A stretch of 64,000 nt of DNA from Spirochaetaceae bacterium (GCA_051531975.1 JAOPTT010000009.1:448001-512000), one strand, 5' to 3'. Shown: positions 29,044-39,493, numbered from the stretch's first letter. The notes: generated by a model from the sequence alone, not told the origin. Numbers and translations: made by a program.

Positions 29044-30194
29044 TATTTATCAATCTCAATTGTTAATATTGTAATATCATCATCTATCTCTTCTGTTAGA
29101 TGACGATCATAAATAGATTTTAGGATCTTGGTATGATTTGAAAGATCATTTATATTTTCCTGGAGAATATTAATTAAATCATCTTCTGTATAAATCTCAG
29201 AACTATTTCCTGAAGGATATATACCGTCAGAACAGATAAAGATTTTTGAAGAAGGTTTAATTTCTATTGTTTCATTTGTGTAACTATTATCCTTTTCAAT
29301 TCCAAGTACGATATTATTATTTTCTATAATTGAAACACTATTATTATTAAGTATTATTGGTCTAGGCTGTCCAGAATTTGTGCAAGTACAGAGTTTATTG
29401 TCCAGATCAATGTATAGACATGTTAATGTTACAAAAAGCCCCGGATAAGGTTTTAAATAATCATAGAGTCTATTATTAAGCCATTGTGTAAACTTAATAG
29501 TTGAAAAGCTGTCGGTTTGAATATTTTTGAAATATTCAAAAGGAATTATTGATTTTAAAGCCATGGAGATAAATGCAGGTTGTATTCCGTGACCTGAGAC
29601 ATCCCCTAAAAGAACCACAATTTTCGTCTCTGATAATTTAAAAATATCATAGTAGTCACCACTGACACCAGTACTTATACAAGGTTGGTAAGTTACATTT
29701 ATTGTAATAGGAAGATCTTTTTTTATAGCATTATCCATAATAGTCTTTTGAAAATCCCTAGCCAAATGAAGCTCTCTTTTTATCTTCTCTTTTAATTCCC
29801 TATTCTCTTTTTTTATTAGAAAGTGATTCATTGCCTTTTTAATCTCTTCTTGCAATTCAATGTTTTGCCATGGTTTTCCAATGAAAGAAAATATCTGAGA
29901 TTTAATCATTTTCTCCATATCTTTCAAGTCCGAATGACCTGAGAGTATAATTGGGACAATATCTGGATATTTGTTTTGAATAATTGATATAAGTTCATTA
30001 CCGTTTAAATCAGGCATTCTTTGGTCAGATACAATGACACCAATTTCTTTTGAATAACTTTTTAGCTCCCTAATAGCATCTTTTGCGGAAGTTACCATAA
30101 TCGCTGTTATCCCTTCATCCCTAAACCAATTCTTTAGGCTTCTATTAATAGAGGTTAGAACATTTTTATCATCATCAATAAATAGTATATACAT
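29043..30194 (-). CDS. Response regulator with PP2C/SpoIIE phosphatase output (RsbU-like)
   Basis: REC (FIDDD, SDQRMP, KPW) + SGDYYD, LGDVSGHG, NSGQP, CSDGI, DDDITIL. Confidence 0.92.
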   Translation of the reverse strand: MYILFIDDDKNVLTSINRSLKNWFRDEGITAIMVTSAKDAIRELKSYSKEIGVIVSDQRMPDLNGNELISIIQNKYPDIVPIILSGHSDLKDMEKMIKSQIFSFIGKPWQNIELQEEIKKAMNHFLIKKENRELKEKIKRELHLARDFQKTIMDNAIKKDLPITINVTYQPCISTGVSGDYYDIFKLSETKIVVLLGDVSGHGIQPAFISMALKSIIPFEYFKNIQTDSFSTIKFTQWLNNRLYDYLKPYPGLFVTLTCLYIDLDNKLCTCTNSGQPRPIILNNNSVSIIENNNIVLGIEKDNSYTNETIEIKPSSKIFICSDGIYPSGNSSEIYTEDDLINILQENINDLSNHTKILKSIYDRHLTEEIDDDITILTIEIDK

Positions 30195-30199
30195 CTGTA

Positions 30200-30961
30200 T
30201 TATCCTTCTATTCTTTCAAAAAGAATTAAAAACTTATATGGGTCTGATGGTCTTAATAATCTAATAAATATAACATAGTTATGTTCGGATATTTTTAACT
30301 CAAAATCTTTTTGATCTGCATTATTATGTGCCCCTGATTCTATATTTTTATACATTTCTTTAGAAATTATAGTTGTAATGTGATCCCCTATTACAAAGTT
30401 TTTTTCTAGCTCTTCTTTTGCATATTTATTAAAATTATCGATTATACCTTTCTCATTAATTGCTATTATTGAAATATTCACTTCATCGATAACTTGTTTA
30501 TCAAGAACAAGACTTGAATCTCTAAAGGATAACTTCATCTTAAGTCGGCGATTTTCTTCTAAAATTTGCTCAATATACTTTTTCTTTTTTACTTCAGATT
30601 CCCATTTCCCAATAGCCTGATTAATACAATCTAGCATCTCATCATAATTCCAAGGTTTGGAAATAAATCTAAATATTTCACCTTGGTTAATCGCATTTAT
30701 AATAGTTTCACTATCAGCGTATCCAGATAAAATAATTCGAATTGTAGCTGGGTAGAGAGTTTTTACTTGTTTCATTAACTCTAAACCATTCATTTCCGGC
30801 ATTCTTTCATCTGACAAAATGACTTTATAATTTCCCGCTTTAAGTAGTTCAAGAGCTTCATTCCCACTGTTACAGGTATCAATAGTAAATTTTTCTTTTC
30901 TAAACTGTCTTTTTATTGAGGATAATATCTCTTTTTCATCATCAACAAACAATATTTCCAT
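30200..30961 (-). CDS. Response regulator with coiled coil and PAS-like C-terminus
   Basis: FVDDE, SDERMPEMNG, LSGYAD, KPW; IIAINEKGIIDNFNKYA is PAS-like. Confidence 0.85.
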   Translation of the reverse strand: MEILFVDDEKEILSSIKRQFRKEKFTIDTCNSGNEALELLKAGNYKVILSDERMPEMNGLELMKQVKTLYPATIRIILSGYADSETIINAINQGEIFRFISKPWNYDEMLDCINQAIGKWESEVKKKKYIEQILEENRRLKMKLSFRDSSLVLDKQVIDEVNISIIAINEKGIIDNFNKYAKEELEKNFVIGDHITTIISKEMYKNIESGAHNNADQKDFELKISEHNYVIFIRLLRPSDPYKFLILFERIEG

Positions 30962-31059
30962 TATTACCCCATAATGTAATTTTTATTTATTTCATCTTAT
31001 ATTTCAAGCAATTTATTTTTGTATTTGTATTTTTCTCACAGTTAAATAATAATTATATT

Positions 31060-32298
31060 ATGAAAAGTTTATTGAAAAAAATTACAATTTTATCTTTTTT
31101 TTTAATTCCACTGTTTGATTTAATATCTGAAACAAATGAATCATATAAAATATACTTAAATGCAGATATGAGTGGTTCTAAATTATCAGGGGAAGCAATC
31201 GAGATGGGAATTAATGTCGCATTATCCGAGGTGAACTATACAATAGGTGATCGCAAAATTGAACTTGTAATTAAAGATCATCATGGGAATAGTAGGCGTA
31301 GTTTAAAATATCTCGAAGAGTTTGCATCAGATGAGAATGCATTAGTTACATATACTGGGCTCCACTCATCTGCAATTATCAACAATTTTGATTATATAAA
31401 TAAAAATGGAATACCAATATTAAATCCATGGGCTGCAGCTGGTCCTATAAGTAGGAGTATTGATAGTCTTGGTAGAAATTGGATATTTAGATTATCAGTC
31501 GATGATACTAAAGCAGGAGAGGTTATTACTTCATATTCCCTCGATGTTGAGAAGTTTAAAAATCCTATTTTGTTACTTGAAAACACACCATGGGGTAAAT
31601 CAAATTATAAAAATATGAGAAAAGCTATAACATCAAGGGGTTTCAGAGATCCTGAAGTAATATGGTTTTCTTGGGGAATTAAAGAGATAGGTAGCAAACA
31701 AATTCTAAGTGATATATATAGTAAAAATAATGATGTTATTTTTTTTGTTGGTAATTCACCAGAGGGGATCGTCTTTTCTAGAGCGATGTCTCAGAGAGAA
31801 GAAAATAAAAGAATTCCGATAAGGAGTCATTGGGGTATTACTGGAGGGAATTTTTTTGAGAGTTTAGGTTCTAATATTATAACTAATAAAATAGATCTTA
31901 AATTTATCCAAACCTCATTCTCGTTTTTGGATAAACCTGGAACAGATTTCTCTATTAATGTTTTTAAAAATATAAAAAAACAATTTTCAAATATCAAAGA
32001 TCCAAATGACTTAAAAGCACCAAATGGATTTATACATTCCTACGATTTAACTAGAATATTTATTGAAGCGTGTAAACATATTAATTTTACTGAAGATATT
32101 AAGCTAAATAGGGAATTATTAAGAGTTGCATTAGAATCAGTTGAAACACCAATAAAAGGACTTGTTAAAACCTATAATAAACCATTTTCAACATTTACCC
32201 CCGAAAATGACTCTGCACACGAAGCCCTTAGTATTGATAACTTTAGGATGGCCAGATATCTACCAAATGGTAGTATCGAGGTTATTAATGATAAGTAA
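31060..32298 (+). CDS. Periplasmic binding protein (LivJ/type-1 PBP family) paired with a histidine kinase
   Basis: AIEMGINVALSEVN...KIELVIKDHHGN, GLHSS, PWAA, FRLSVDD, HSYDLT; start moved to ATG 31060 (signal peptide); overlaps the kinase start. Confidence 0.82.
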   Translation: MKSLLKKITILSFFLIPLFDLISETNESYKIYLNADMSGSKLSGEAIEMGINVALSEVNYTIGDRKIELVIKDHHGNSRRSLKYLEEFASDENALVTYTGLHSSAIINNFDYINKNGIPILNPWAAAGPISRSIDSLGRNWIFRLSVDDTKAGEVITSYSLDVEKFKNPILLLENTPWGKSNYKNMRKAITSRGFRDPEVIWFSWGIKEIGSKQILSDIYSKNNDVIFFVGNSPEGIVFSRAMSQREENKRIPIRSHWGITGGNFFESLGSNIITNKIDLKFIQTSFSFLDKPGTDFSINVFKNIKKQFSNIKDPNDLKAPNGFIHSYDLTRIFIEACKHINFTEDIKLNRELLRVALESVETPIKGLVKTYNKPFSTFTPENDSAHEALSIDNFRMARYLPNGSIEVINDK

Positions 32299-34144
32299 CA
32301 TATTAAAAAAACGTAATAGCATATTATTAAAAACGGCAATATATTCATTTGGTATTTTTGGACTGATTATGTTCTTTTCTATTACACTATTTATATGGAT
32401 AACTGAAAGAAACCTTACTGAACTTGTTATAGATCAAAACGTTGAGCAATTATTTAATATTAAAACTCAATTTGATAAAAATATTGATAACTATAAATTT
32501 ATACTTGAACAGGATTCAAATTCCTCCATATTTACAACCGCAGTTATGAATCCTGTAGATACAGAGTATTATTTAAAAGATTTTATGGATGATCTAAAAA
32601 TAAGTAATCTAGACGGAGAATTACTACTATTAGCATTTGATGGACAGATAATATATAGCACACACAACTCCGTAAATAAGATTAATAATATATTTACAAA
32701 CTTTTCAGAAATTCTAGAAGTATTAGATACCAAAAAAAGTACACAAATATTAGATGCCAATAATAATGTAGTTTTTATAAGTTGTATTAAATATAATGAT
32801 CTAGTTGAGGGGTATCTAATTTTTATAACCGATTTTCAGAATATCTTTGAACATAACCTTCATCTTTTTGAATCTGATACACATAAGCACTCATTTTCAG
32901 TATTAAATGGCAAGAATATTATTGCTAAAGTTGGCGAAACATCTGAAAGATTTATCAGCTCTAATTTTACTCTTGAAAGTTTACCACTATCGTTACAAAT
33001 AGATACGGATGAAAATGTTATTAAGGAATCTACAAGTGAAATACTACATAGTATTAGTTTAATATCAATATTATCTGTTATTTTACTTGCTATAATTTTC
33101 TCAATTATAACATCAAAAACAGTTACAAAACCATTATCAATACTTGAACATGAAATCACTTTAGTTGGGAAAGGTGAACATGATAATCTACCCTTTAGAA
33201 AGAAAGACCCAATAGAAATTAAGTTTTTAAGGTCGTCATTTAATCAAATGCAAAAGGCTATAATAACTAATAAAGTGGAATTAGAAGAGTTTAATAGAAA
33301 ACTTTTAAGTATCAACAGCGATTTAAAGTCAACTCAGAAGCAGTTAGTACAAAGTGAGAAAATGGCTTCATTGGGGCAATTAGCCGCAGGTGTTGCACAT
33401 GAAATTAACAATCCTACAGGTTTTGTAACAACCAATTTACATACAATGAAAGAGTATATTTGTGTTTATAATACTCTTTATAAACATAATGAAGAACTTT
33501 ACAGCTATATAAAAGACAATATTAAAGAAACACAAATATTGAAGTTTATTGAGGATATAGAAATTATAAAAAAAGAAGAAGATTTTAAATTCATATTAGA
33601 AGACACTACGGATCTGCTTGAAGAATCAATTGACGGTGTTGTTAGAATAAAAGATATTGTTACAGGTCTTAGGAATTTCGCAAGACCTAAAAGTAAAATA
33701 ACTTCACCAGGAAATATAAATAACGGCATAAAGGATGCTTTAAGGTTAACAATAAATGAGCTAAAATATACATGTACTATAGAGCAGAACTTAGGAAAAT
33801 TAGTTGATGTTCCTTGTAGATTAGATCAAATAACACAGGTTTTTGTAAATTTACTTGTAAATGCGGCTCATGCAATAAAAGATCAAGGTTTTATAAAACT
33901 TACTACCTGGCAAGAAGATGAATTTATATTTGCATCAGTTGAAGATAATGGAGAAGGAATAAAACCTGAGAATATTGAAAAACTTTTTGATCCTTTTTTT
34001 ACAACAAAAGAAGTTGGTAAGGGAACTGGCTTAGGACTTTCAATCTCTTATGGAATAATAGAAGAGCATGGAGGTTCTATAGATGTCAGAAGCAAAGTTG
34101 GTGAAGGAACTTGTTTTACTCTTAAATTCCCCATAAACACCTAG
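32288..34144 (+). CDS. Sensor histidine kinase (2 TM, HAMP, NtrB-like HisKA/HATPase)
   Basis: QSEKMASLGQLAAGVAHEINNP, QVFVNLLVNA, DNGEGI, FDPFFTTKEVGKGTGLGL. Confidence 0.95.
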   Translation: MISNILKKRNSILLKTAIYSFGIFGLIMFFSITLFIWITERNLTELVIDQNVEQLFNIKTQFDKNIDNYKFILEQDSNSSIFTTAVMNPVDTEYYLKDFMDDLKISNLDGELLLLAFDGQIIYSTHNSVNKINNIFTNFSEILEVLDTKKSTQILDANNNVVFISCIKYNDLVEGYLIFITDFQNIFEHNLHLFESDTHKHSFSVLNGKNIIAKVGETSERFISSNFTLESLPLSLQIDTDENVIKESTSEILHSISLISILSVILLAIIFSIITSKTVTKPLSILEHEITLVGKGEHDNLPFRKKDPIEIKFLRSSFNQMQKAIITNKVELEEFNRKLLSINSDLKSTQKQLVQSEKMASLGQLAAGVAHEINNPTGFVTTNLHTMKEYICVYNTLYKHNEELYSYIKDNIKETQILKFIEDIEIIKKEEDFKFILEDTTDLLEESIDGVVRIKDIVTGLRNFARPKSKITSPGNINNGIKDALRLTINELKYTCTIEQNLGKLVDVPCRLDQITQVFVNLLVNAAHAIKDQGFIKLTTWQEDEFIFASVEDNGEGIKPENIEKLFDPFFTTKEVGKGTGLGLSISYGIIEEHGGSIDVRSKVGEGTCFTLKFPINT

Positions 34145-34271
34145 CCACATAATACTTCACAAAAATTTAACTATATGAATATTCTCTTATTTGACATTGG
34201 TAGCTAAAAGATATCTAATTACTCTCAATTATCAATACTATATTACTTATAAGGTTTAAACATATAAATAT

Positions 34272-35552
34272 ATGACAATAACTACAACAAATGAATTAGT
34301 TAAAAATCTAGATAAATCTAATGTTAAAATTATCGATATTCGACCAGTAGAAGGATATAACGGTTGGATAATTGGTGGTGAAATTAGAGGTGGTCATATA
34401 AAAACAGCTAGAAGTTTACCTTTTAAGTTCTTTGAATATATAGAACTGGCAGAAATAATTAACAAAAAAGGTATAGTCAAAGAAGATCATTTAATTATAT
34501 ATGGTGATAACAGTAAGCAAACTTTATTAGCAGGAAATCTTCTAATAAAAGAGGGATTTAAAAAAGTAATTATCTATAATGATTTTGAAAATGAATGGAG
34601 TTCCGATCTTAAACTTCCAATGGAAAAACTAAGTAGATATAAACACTTAGTATCTGCTAATTGGTTAAATAATCTAATTAAAAACAGTACAAAAAATAGT
34701 TCTAAAATTGTGACTTGTCATTGCCATTTTGATAATCCAAGTGACTATAACAATGGGCATATCCCTGGGGCTATAGAATTAGATAGTAACACCTTAGAAT
34801 CTACTGTTACATGGAATATTAAAAGACCAAAAGAGCTTAAAGAGAGTTTAGAATTATTAGGAATTACATATGATTCTACTGTTATATTATATGGGCGGGG
34901 TTTTTATTCTTATGATAACAAACCTTTTACAGGTAGTAGTGGAGGATATTTAGCTGCTTTTAGATGTGCTCTTATTATGATGTATGCTGGTGTAGAAGAT
35001 GTAAGAATACTAAATGGTGGTTTTGAGTCATGGGAATATGAAGATTTTGAAATTGAAACTATTAAAAATAGTATAGAACCTGTCTTTGATTTTGGTATAA
35101 CAATTCCTGGGAATCCTAACCTCGTGGTTGATAAAAATGAAGTTGAAGATATTGTAAATTCAGATCATAAGAATTTAGTTAGTATACGTAGCTGGAAAGA
35201 GTATATTGGGGAAGTCAGCGGTTATAATTACATTACAAAAAAAGGTCGGATACCTGGATCTATATTTGGAAACTGTGGTACTGATACCTTTCATATGGAG
35301 AATTATAGAAACATAGATAATACAACCAGGGAGTACCATGAAATTAAAGAGTTCTGGGAAAAATTAGGGATCTGTTCTGATAAGTTTAATACCTTTTACT
35401 GTGGAACCGGGTGGCGTGGAAGTGAAGCTTTTTTAAACGCTTGGTTAATGGGGTGGTCAGATATTTCAGTTTATGATGGCGGTTGGTTTGAATGGTCTTC
35501 TGATAATAAAAACAGGTATGAAACAGGTATTCCACAAAAAATTGGAGTATAA
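34272..35552 (+). CDS. Three-domain rhodanese sulfurtransferase (YnjE-like)
   Basis: GGHIKTA, GHIPGA and GRIPGS repeats; active-site loop YCGTGWRGS; YDGGWFEW. Confidence 0.88.
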   Translation: MTITTTNELVKNLDKSNVKIIDIRPVEGYNGWIIGGEIRGGHIKTARSLPFKFFEYIELAEIINKKGIVKEDHLIIYGDNSKQTLLAGNLLIKEGFKKVIIYNDFENEWSSDLKLPMEKLSRYKHLVSANWLNNLIKNSTKNSSKIVTCHCHFDNPSDYNNGHIPGAIELDSNTLESTVTWNIKRPKELKESLELLGITYDSTVILYGRGFYSYDNKPFTGSSGGYLAAFRCALIMMYAGVEDVRILNGGFESWEYEDFEIETIKNSIEPVFDFGITIPGNPNLVVDKNEVEDIVNSDHKNLVSIRSWKEYIGEVSGYNYITKKGRIPGSIFGNCGTDTFHMENYRNIDNTTREYHEIKEFWEKLGICSDKFNTFYCGTGWRGSEAFLNAWLMGWSDISVYDGGWFEWSSDNKNRYETGIPQKIGV

Positions 35553-35553
35553 G

Positions 35554-36291
35554 TTAAAAATGTCTTTTATTCTTAATTTTATCAATTATGGTAAATATAG
35601 TATCAAATCCAAGAGCCAGAAGTGCTGTTAATATAGCTCCAGTAAATATATATGAGATATTATTATCAATTAATCCAGATATAATTAGTGAACCTAAACC
35701 TCCACCAGCAACTACAGCGGCAATAGCAGCGGTACCAACATTTATTACTACAGTTGTTCTAATACCAGCTAATATAATATCGATAGACAGAGGTATTTCA
35801 ACTTTTAATAAAACCTGCATTTTATCCATCCCTATCGCTTTAGAAGCCTCTATAACCGACTTGTCTACTGCATTTATACCAGCGATTGTATTGCTTACAA
35901 TTGGGAAAATACTATAAATGAATAGGGCTGTAAAAGCTGGTGCAAATCCATAACCTAATGCTGGCACTGATAGTGCTAATACTGCTGCAGGAGGGAATGT
36001 TTGCATTATTGATATAAGTGATTCTACTAATTCTAATAGGTTCTTTCCTGTGTCTCTAGTCACAAATATACCTAAAGACAGTCCCACAATTATTGCAGAT
36101 ATTGATGATAATAAAACCAGAACTATATGTTCTATAAACATATCACTTAGGATTAATCGGGGATGCATAACTTTTTTTATTCCAGGAAATATTGATTTAA
36201 GTATAAAACCAGTAAATTCTATATTAAATATAAAAAGGAATGTAAAAGTTAACAGACAAAGAAGTAGTATATATTTAATTGTTTTATTCAT
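35554..36291 (-). CDS. Osmoprotectant ABC transporter permease (YehW-like)
   Basis: QTFPPAAVLAL, IEASKAIGM, AGIRTTVVINVGTA; ATG 36291 overlaps the ATPase stop. Confidence 0.88.
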   Translation of the reverse strand: MNKTIKYILLLCLLTFTFLFIFNIEFTGFILKSIFPGIKKVMHPRLILSDMFIEHIVLVLLSSISAIIVGLSLGIFVTRDTGKNLLELVESLISIMQTFPPAAVLALSVPALGYGFAPAFTALFIYSIFPIVSNTIAGINAVDKSVIEASKAIGMDKMQVLLKVEIPLSIDIILAGIRTTVVINVGTAAIAAVVAGGGLGSLIISGLIDNNISYIFTGAILTALLALGFDTIFTIIDKIKNKRHF

Positions 36292-37291
36292 TTGCTTTTC
36301 CAAATATTTCTTCTATGTCTTTTAAATAAACCTCACCGATAACTTTTTTATTCTCGATTACTGGTAATGTTCTTCTACTAAGTTTTAACATTATAGCTAG
36401 TGCATCTTTTAGACTTGATGATGATTCAACCGTATCTCTTTCTATGTTATATACAGATTTTCCATCATCACCTTTTAAAATTATATCATCACCTTCAATT
36501 ACCCATCTCTCTATATCAAAATCTGTATTTATTATCTTTTCCACATAATAATAAAGTAGTAGTTTTAGTGATCTGTCTTTTCCAGTGAATTCCGATATAA
36601 AATCACACTTAGGAAGAGTAATTATTTTATCTGGGCTATCGTATTGCATTAAAGTTCCATTTTTGAGGATTGCAATTTTATTACCTAAAGTAACCGCTTC
36701 TTCAATATCGTGGGTAACAAAAATAACTGTCTTTTTTAGTTTTTTTTGTATTTTAAGAAACTCGTTTTGCAATACTGTTCTAGTTAGTGGGTCTACTGCA
36801 CCAAATGGTTCATCCATTAATAATATTGGTGGGTCAGCAGCTAAAGCCCGTGCAACTCCAATTCTTTGTGCTTCTCCTCCTGATAGTTGATTAGGATATT
36901 TATTGCTATACATTTCTGGATTTAAACCTACAAGGTCTAATAGTTCTAGAACTCTATTATCTATTTTTTCACTACTCCATTTTAGTAATTTAGGAACAAT
37001 GGATATATTCTCTTTTACTGTATAATGTGGAAGAAGTCCTACATTCTGTATTACATATCCTATGCCTCTTCTTAAAATCTCTGCGGGCAGAGTCGTTATA
37101 TCCTTTCCATTAACTTCTATAATCCCACTGTCCATCTCTATTAGTCTATTTATTAGACGTAAGGATGTAGATTTTCCGCAACCAGAAGGTCCAAGAAGTA
37201 TACATAAATCCCCTTCTTTTACCTCAATATTTAAGTTATTTAAAGCTATAAAATCACCATATTTTTTACTTACAGATTTAAATTTAATCAC
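36284..37291 (-). CDS. Osmoprotectant ABC transporter ATPase (YehX/OpuCA-like)
   Basis: GPSGCGKS, LSGGEAQR, LLMDEPFGAVD, VTHD; degenerate CBS tail. Confidence 0.93.
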   Translation of the reverse strand: MIKFKSVSKKYGDFIALNNLNIEVKEGDLCILLGPSGCGKSTSLRLINRLIEMDSGIIEVNGKDITTLPAEILRRGIGYVIQNVGLLPHYTVKENISIVPKLLKWSSEKIDNRVLELLDLVGLNPEMYSNKYPNQLSGGEAQRIGVARALAADPPILLMDEPFGAVDPLTRTVLQNEFLKIQKKLKKTVIFVTHDIEEAVTLGNKIAILKNGTLMQYDSPDKIITLPKCDFISEFTGKDRSLKLLLYYYVEKIINTDFDIERWVIEGDDIILKGDDGKSVYNIERDTVESSSSLKDALAIMLKLSRRTLPVIENKKVIGEVYLKDIEEIFGKANE

Positions 37292-38483
37292 TATTACTCC
37301 TTAAGGGTTTTGGGGTTAAAATATGTATTAAGATTGATAGAAACTTATCAGATATTAAAACAAGAAGTACTATTGGTATTACTCCTATTAAAATTAGATC
37401 CGGGGCTATCTGTTCTAATCCTCTAAAAACAAAGAACCCTAACCCACCGGCTCCAATCAATGCAGCAATTGTTGTATTTCCTAGGGATTGTATTGCTGCT
37501 ATTTTTATTCCAGTTAGAAGTAGGGGTATCGATAGAGGAAGTTCAATTTTAAAGAAACGTTGTTTTTTTGTCATACCCATTCCTTTTCCAGCATCTACAA
37601 TAGATGAATTTATACTATCTAATCCAATATATGTATTTCTAACAATTGGTAATAGAGCATATAAAGTTAAAGCTATTAAAGCCGGTGTTACACCAATTCC
37701 TTTAATTCCCATAGATTTAAGAACTGGGAATTTGTTAGATAAAGCCGCTAAAGGAGCGATAATCAGACCAAATAGGGCCAATGATGGTATAGTTTGAATA
37801 CTATTAATTATACTAAATATAATATTCTTAAATTTCTTACGCCTCCAAGAAAGTATTCCTGTGGGTATTCCTATTATTGATGCATATAAAACAGACCTGA
37901 ATGATATTGATATGTGTACTAAAACTTCTTTAGAAAATCTTTTTCTCTCTTTTAACAATTCCTTAACAATACCAAGGTAATGCCCCTTATTAATCAAAAA
38001 TAGAATAATTAGAAGTGCTGCCAATACAAAAGCTATATAATATATTTTTAAGTCTCTATTTTTTATTAATAAAACTGTTCCTACTATCTGAAAATATGCC
38101 CCTAGTAAGAGCATATAAAATCCTGATTCAAAACTAATTTGAGATTTTAAATTACCCGTAGCTTCTATTTTAAAATTACTCTCAATAATAATTCTTCCAA
38201 GTAAAAATAGTAATAATAAACCACTACCTTGCCGAAGAAGCTGTGCTAAATTCACAATCTTAAAATAATTATCTAGTACTGATGTAGAAAGTATTATTAA
38301 TAAAATTATAATAACTATACATGTTATAATTACATCAGCTGAATAATCGTTTAATGAGGATAATATACCTAGATCGATCCTATTTTTTTTTATATTTATG
38401 AGTGGTAAAAAAAGAGAGGCAACAGTAAATATTAATCCAAGAACTGTTGCCCCATTATATGTAATTTTATTAAGTAACTTCAC
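37284..38483 (-). CDS. Osmoprotectant ABC transporter permease (YehY-like)
   Basis: QTIPSLALFGLII, IVDAGKGMGM, AALIGAGGLG; extended N-terminal TM region. Confidence 0.88.
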   Translation of the reverse strand: MKLLNKITYNGATVLGLIFTVASLFLPLINIKKNRIDLGILSSLNDYSADVIITCIVIIILLIILSTSVLDNYFKIVNLAQLLRQGSGLLLLFLLGRIIIESNFKIEATGNLKSQISFESGFYMLLLGAYFQIVGTVLLIKNRDLKIYYIAFVLAALLIILFLINKGHYLGIVKELLKERKRFSKEVLVHISISFRSVLYASIIGIPTGILSWRRKKFKNIIFSIINSIQTIPSLALFGLIIAPLAALSNKFPVLKSMGIKGIGVTPALIALTLYALLPIVRNTYIGLDSINSSIVDAGKGMGMTKKQRFFKIELPLSIPLLLTGIKIAAIQSLGNTTIAALIGAGGLGFFVFRGLEQIAPDLILIGVIPIVLLVLISDKFLSILIHILTPKPLRSNSD

Positions 38484-38485
38484 TG

Positions 38486-39433
38486 TTATTTAATGAATTT
38501 ATTTTCTTGTAAGTATTCAACTGCTACATCAGCTGCACTTAATCCATCTACAGCTATCATTCCGTTAAGTTTTTGTAGTGTAACCAGATCTAAGCTATCA
38601 AACACAGGTTTTAACAGTTTTTCAATTTCAGGATACTTTAACAATACCTCTTCTCTAATTATTGGTACTGGTAGATAAACAGGTTGAATTCCTAAGTTAT
38701 CTTCTAATACCACAAGTCCAAGAGCTGCAATCTGACCATCAGTTCCATATGCCATAGCAGCATTAACCCCATCTGTACCTCTAGCAGCAGCCTGTTCTGT
38801 CTGAGCTGTGTTTCCTCCTGCTAATACTAATAGGTTCTTAGATTCAAGTTTAAATCCATATGCTTTTTCAAAAGCTGGTAAAGCAGCATCGCTACTTACA
38901 AACTCTTGAGAACCTACAATTTTAAATACACCACCATTGTTTATGTATTTTGCAAGATCAGAAAGTGTTTTTAATCCCTCTTCCTTTGCTAATTTCCCCT
39001 GCATTGCAATGGCCCATGTATTATTAGCTGGGGACGGGTGTAACCAGATAATTTTGTTTGCATCGTAATCTAGCTGCTTAACAGCTTCATACCCTTTTTT
39101 ACTATTTTTCCAAGTTTCAGGGCTATAATCTGAAGCTAGAAAAAATGCTCCATTTCCTGTGTATTCAGGATAAATATCAGTTTCGCCATTAATTATTGCT
39201 TCTCTATTTATTTTTGTAGCACCAAGAGATGTATTATCTACTACCTCAAAACCGTCTTTTTCTAATACACTTATTATCATTTGTCCTAATAATGAGCCTT
39301 CAGTATCCATTTTTGATGCAACAATTATTGGACCTTTATCCATAACTTGTTCTTTTTCACCACTTGCAAAAAGTAATGGCGAACCTAATAGTGTTAATAA
39401 ACACAGTACTAATATATATGTTTTTCTCATCAT
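38486..39433 (-). CDS. osmF: Glycine-betaine/osmoprotectant-type binding protein (OsmF/YehZ family)
   Basis: VASKMDTEG, DIYPEYTGNGAFF, PANNTWAIA, NAAMAYGTDG. Confidence 0.88.
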   Translation of the reverse strand: MMRKTYILVLCLLTLLGSPLLFASGEKEQVMDKGPIIVASKMDTEGSLLGQMIISVLEKDGFEVVDNTSLGATKINREAIINGETDIYPEYTGNGAFFLASDYSPETWKNSKKGYEAVKQLDYDANKIIWLHPSPANNTWAIAMQGKLAKEEGLKTLSDLAKYINNGGVFKIVGSQEFVSSDAALPAFEKAYGFKLESKNLLVLAGGNTAQTEQAAARGTDGVNAAMAYGTDGQIAALGLVVLEDNLGIQPVYLPVPIIREEVLLKYPEIEKLLKPVFDSLDLVTLQKLNGMIAVDGLSAADVAVEYLQENKFIK

Positions 39434-39493
39434 AATCTCCTACTTATTAAGTATAGTTTAAACTCAAATCAATTTAAAACTCTTTTTTTAAAA

